DNA of 10,240 bases from NCBI GenBank assembly GCA_021786105.1, contig JAJYNW010000024.1:1-10240 (forward strand). Reading direction: 5' to 3'. Both the position numbers and the translations under genes were made by a program. Shown piece after piece: positions 7,976 to 10,240 of the stretch. Origin of the DNA: a bacterium. GTDB lineage: Bacteria; Patescibacteriota; Microgenomatia; Daviesbacterales; UBA10151. A model generated the notes under the pieces. The model had not been told where the DNA came from. It ran no database searches and saw only the letters and a program-made list of their open reading frames with translations. Within the stretch, counting starts at the first letter, position 1. Each line of letters starts with the position of its first letter.

Positions 7976-8056
7976 ATGAAAAATATTTTAATTTTAAATT
8001 TGCATAACACCTATTACACCGCCTTAATCTTTGGCGGTGTTCATCGTAGAGTTTAA
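7976..8056 (+). CDS. putative attenuator leader peptide 1 (26 aa)
   Basis: MKNILILNLHNTYYTALIFGGVHRRV*. Starts just after the predicted TSS, overlaps hairpin 8016-8040 and ends ~30 nt before a terminator. Confidence 0.65.
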   Translation: MKNILILNLHNTYYTALIFGGVHRRV

Positions 8057-8086
8057 AGCTATTTATAAAAGATATCCCACTTAATG

Positions 8087-8110
8087 AACCCGCCAAGAGG
8101 CGGGTTTTTT
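8087..8110 (+). terminator. intrinsic terminator of attenuator 1
   Basis: AACCCGCC-AAGA-GGCGGGTT followed by TTTT, located upstream of the 8216 gene. Confidence 0.8.
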
Positions 8111-8215
8111 AGTGGGTTAAAGTCGTAAATCGACATTAATGGGATAACTACAAACTAATCCGCGTACAGCGGGTGATTTTAATTCTGTGTTATCCCAGGA
8201 AAGGAGGTGATAAAA

Positions 8216-8707
8216 ATGAATAGAGAAATACAAACAGTTGGTATTGGAGAAGTATTTTTACCTGTATCAAGATCGGGTGATATCGATTTTCAGATATTTG
8301 GTAAGAATATAGTGGGTAGATTTGAGCTTAATATTGCGGAATTAGGACGCAGAAGCTCTATCCCTTTTGTGGTAGGACTTAACTCGGGAGTTAAGGATGA
8401 TCGGAGCGGGCTTTTACACAGACTCCATGTTGAGTCGGATCGAAAGCGGCTTACACAAAGGCAATTAATTGAAGTCCGCGAGAGAGATTTTTTGGGCCTT
8501 AAATGGCAGAAGGGACTTTTCTTTCCGGAGGTTTTGGCAGTGGCACAGCGGCTACGTTTGCACCTGATGCGACCAGAAGGAAGGTTAGAACATGAGCCTG
8601 ATGAGGAGGCACTGAAAAAAGGCGCAATAGAGTTTTCCCCGAGGCCTGCTGTTGAAGATACGGGAGCGTTGGTGATGGTCAGGTGGAGGTTTATCCTGGC
8701 CGACTAA
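8216..8707 (+). CDS. hypothetical protein (163 aa) behind attenuator 1
   Basis: SD AAGGAGGTGA (8201-8210) points to in-frame ATG 8216; the ORF-track GTG at 8207 is part of the SD. No family recognised. Confidence 0.75.
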   Translation: MNREIQTVGIGEVFLPVSRSGDIDFQIFGKNIVGRFELNIAELGRRSSIPFVVGLNSGVKDDRSGLLHRLHVESDRKRLTQRQLIEVRERDFLGLKWQKGLFFPEVLAVAQRLRLHLMRPEGRLEHEPDEEALKKGAIEFSPRPAVEDTGALVMVRWRFILAD

Positions 8708-8758
8708 AAGAATTCAATGGGATGGCTAGGGACGTGCTAGCCATCTCAAATTATAAAT

Positions 8759-8839
8759 ATGAAAAATAAATTTTTACAACTGAATAACTATGCTTATTTT
8801 AGCCTACCGAAAGGGGGTGCATTTTTAGTGGTTAAATAA
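8759..8839 (+). CDS. putative attenuator leader peptide 2 (26 aa)
   Basis: MKNKFLQLNNYAYFSLPKGGAFLVVK*. Same length and layout as leader 1, ending ~27 nt before a terminator. Confidence 0.6.
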   Translation: MKNKFLQLNNYAYFSLPKGGAFLVVK

Positions 8840-8866
8840 CTTTTTAAAGCTTTACCAACTAGATTT

Positions 8867-8892
8867 AAGCCCCCGCAAAGGGGGCTTTTTTT
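8867..8892 (+). terminator. intrinsic terminator of attenuator 2
   Basis: AAGCCCCC-GCAAA-GGGGGCTT followed by TTTTT. Confidence 0.8.
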
Positions 8893-8903
8893 ATGCAAAT
8901 TTT

Positions 8904-8926
8904 GAAAGGAGGTGATAAAAATGAAT
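8904..8926 (+). repeat. 23-nt exact direct repeat (SD plus start block), other copy at 8199-8221
   Basis: GAAAGGAGGTGATAAAAATGAAT is present at both 8199-8221 and 8904-8926. Confidence 0.9.
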
Positions 8927-8964
8927 CTTGAAATGAACAAAGATTAGCTCCTCGTGAGTTAAGA

Positions 8965-9201
8965 ATGGTGCAAAAAAGACAGTGGACTGCCGGTGAGCTG
9001 GAGAGGGAGGTGATTAGGTGTGGATTTGAAATTGTCCCAGGGGGAAGACACGCTCATCATGTTGTCCGTATCGATCCTGAAACAGGCAGGAGAGGTTTTA
9101 TTGGTTGTTTGCCTGGGCACCGGGGAAAAAACGTTCCCATTGGTACAGCCCGTGACCTGATCAACCGATTAAGGCAGGCCATGATGGAAGAAAGGAGTTA
9201 A
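8965..9201 (+). CDS. HicA-like type II toxin (mRNA interferase fold), divergent
   Basis: 78 aa with the HicA pattern: ELERE...GFE, G-x-H (GGRH), LPGH and VPIGTARDL. Confidence 0.65.
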   Translation: MVQKRQWTAGELEREVIRCGFEIVPGGRHAHHVVRIDPETGRRGFIGCLPGHRGKNVPIGTARDLINRLRQAMMEERS

Positions 9202-9327
9202 TCTTATGTATCGGCTAGTGCAAAAATCCAGGCTGAAAAGTAAATCCGAGTAAGCCTGGATTATGCCAGGAACTCCCTAAAAGTCATAATTGCCTTGAGC
9301 TTACAGAAGGGATAAAATTTGTTCAAA

Positions 9328-9909
9328 ATGAACCTAGAAAATCATGTGCTTGTTTTACCTGGTTTAAGTGGTGATAGTGAAAGGGTTAAAGCTCTATTAA
9401 AAAACCTAAATAGTCCCCAGCTTAATTTTCACCTAAGTACTGCGGCAAATTGGAATAATTTCTCCGAAGATATTCAAGCCAAGATTAACAGGATAGAAAG
9501 TGAAGTTGATGAATTATCAGAGCAGGGGAAAGTATCAATTATCGGTATCAGTGGTAGCGGGAGTTTGGCAGGTCTTGTCTATTTAGAAAGGGAAGGGGAA
9601 GTAGAGAGGGTAATCAATGTTTGTGGTCGTTTAAGACCGAGAGGTATTCCGCCTCTTTGGTTGACTTCTTTAAGAAACCCTACCTTCAAGAAATCTGTAT
9701 TGGCATTCCAGGAAAGGGAGCCGGAACTAACTGAAAGTGATAGAAGAAAATTCTTAATCTTTCAGGCAAAATTTGATGAGTTGGTGCCCGGGTCAACCAG
9801 CTATTTAAAGGGCGCCCAAATAATTCACCTTTCTGCTGTTGGGCACATGTGTGCCATAAAAAGTGCATTTTTGGAACACGGCAACCAGATGATAGATTTT
9901 TTGAGATGA
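9328..9909 (+). CDS. alpha/beta-fold hydrolase
   Basis: VLVLPGL oxyanion loop, IIGISGSG nucleophile elbow, DELVP acid, GH catalytic His. TTGCCT-17-TAAAAT (9290-9318) favours ATG 9328 over TTG 9319. Confidence 0.75.
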   Translation: MNLENHVLVLPGLSGDSERVKALLKNLNSPQLNFHLSTAANWNNFSEDIQAKINRIESEVDELSEQGKVSIIGISGSGSLAGLVYLEREGEVERVINVCGRLRPRGIPPLWLTSLRNPTFKKSVLAFQEREPELTESDRRKFLIFQAKFDELVPGSTSYLKGAQIIHLSAVGHMCAIKSAFLEHGNQMIDFLR

Positions 9910-9955
9910 ATAAAAAGTCCGAGCAGGAATTGTATGAATTAAGTGTACAAAAAAC

Positions 9956-10084
9956 TTATTTCTTTTTATAAAGCTGCCAGGTAAAGGCCAGGGCTGAGAG
10001 GCTGGCGGTCAAAAACAGCAGACTCAAGAAGTTTGATGATATTTCCAGCTTAAGAAAACGGCTGGTATCATAAAAAACATAATT
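9956..10084 (-). pseudogene. possible 3' fragment of a membrane-protein gene cut by the IS200/IS605 insertion
   Basis: Open minus-strand frame NYVFYDTSRFLKLEISSNFLSLLFLTASLSALAFTWQLYKKK* (TM plus basic tail). No ATG/GTG start was found before it meets the IS end. Confidence 0.4.
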
Positions 10085-10240
10085 AACCGCTGGTAACTCC
10101 GCCCTTTTAGGGCGGGGCGGAAAGCGGTAAGCACAAAACTGGTAGGGTAAAATATCTAGGTGGGATTAAAAAAGTACAATCATTCAGTTGGTGAGTATAT
10201 CTATCACTTTACCTTCATACCAAAATATCGAAAGAGAAGG
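10085..10240 (+). mobile_element. IS200/IS605-family element, left end (continues beyond the window)
   Basis: Subterminal hairpin CTCCGCCCT-TTT-AGGGCGGGG (10097-10117) nested in ACCGCT/AGCGGT (10086-10091/10123-10128), directly followed by a TnpA N-terminus. The exact boundary is uncertain by a few nt. Confidence 0.8.
10160..10240 (+). CDS. tnpA: IS200-family Y1 (HUH) transposase, 5' part
   Basis: GTG start, MGLKKYNHSVGEYIYHFTFIPKYRKRR, matching the H-S-V...Y-H-h-h-h-h-P-K-Y-R N-terminal signature of IS200 TnpA. Confidence 0.85.
   Translation, partial: MGLKKYNHSVGEYIYHFTFIPKYRKRR

Noticed and set aside
8199-8926. 23-nt direct repeat read as a CRISPR repeat or recombination site
   Set aside because: Only two copies 705 nt apart, consisting of SD plus start codon; no cas or recombinase genes in the window.
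8708-9270. Post-gene hairpins read as integron attC sites
   Set aside because: No convincing paired RYYYAAC/GTTRRRY core sites and no integrase seen; the genes carry their own regulatory leaders.
7117-9868. ORFs 7117-7323 (+) and 9686-9868 (-)
   Set aside because: Antisense to the methyltransferase and hydrolase genes respectively.
9906-9971. 21-codon + strand ORF overlapping the hydrolase stop (ATGA)
   Set aside because: Very short, no attenuator-like structure follows, and it collides with the minus-strand gene fragment; TGA read-through is not needed to explain the hydrolase.
1-10240. Whole window read as a composite transposon
   Set aside because: The two flanking elements appear to be of different families and the interior looks like ordinary chromosomal content.

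Overview
AT-rich accessory region whose gene content (Gmad2 Ig-like protein, DUF2341/LamG/FN3/LysM surface protein, minimal DEVD-box helicase plus RRM protein, small two-TM proteins, many apparently leaderless genes) suggests Patescibacteria/CPR, probably Microgenomates; this is inferred. Both ends hold the 5' part of an outward-reading mobile-element gene missed by the ORF track: a probable HTH transposase at left and an IS200/IS605 TnpA with its left-end hairpin at right. The most striking signal is two tandem attenuator-like cassettes (7937-8221, 8759-8926). Each has a 26-codon MKN... leader peptide with Tyr13/aromatic14 and a Gly-Gly pair, mutually exclusive 1:2, 2:3 and 3:4 helices, an intrinsic terminator, and an identical 23-nt SD/start block. 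They precede an orphan ORF and an orphan HicA-like toxin rather than biosynthetic genes. Also noted: an 11-bp-period GT(A/T/G)A box upstream of several genes, a structured ~185-nt helicase leader, and unannotated small ORFs.
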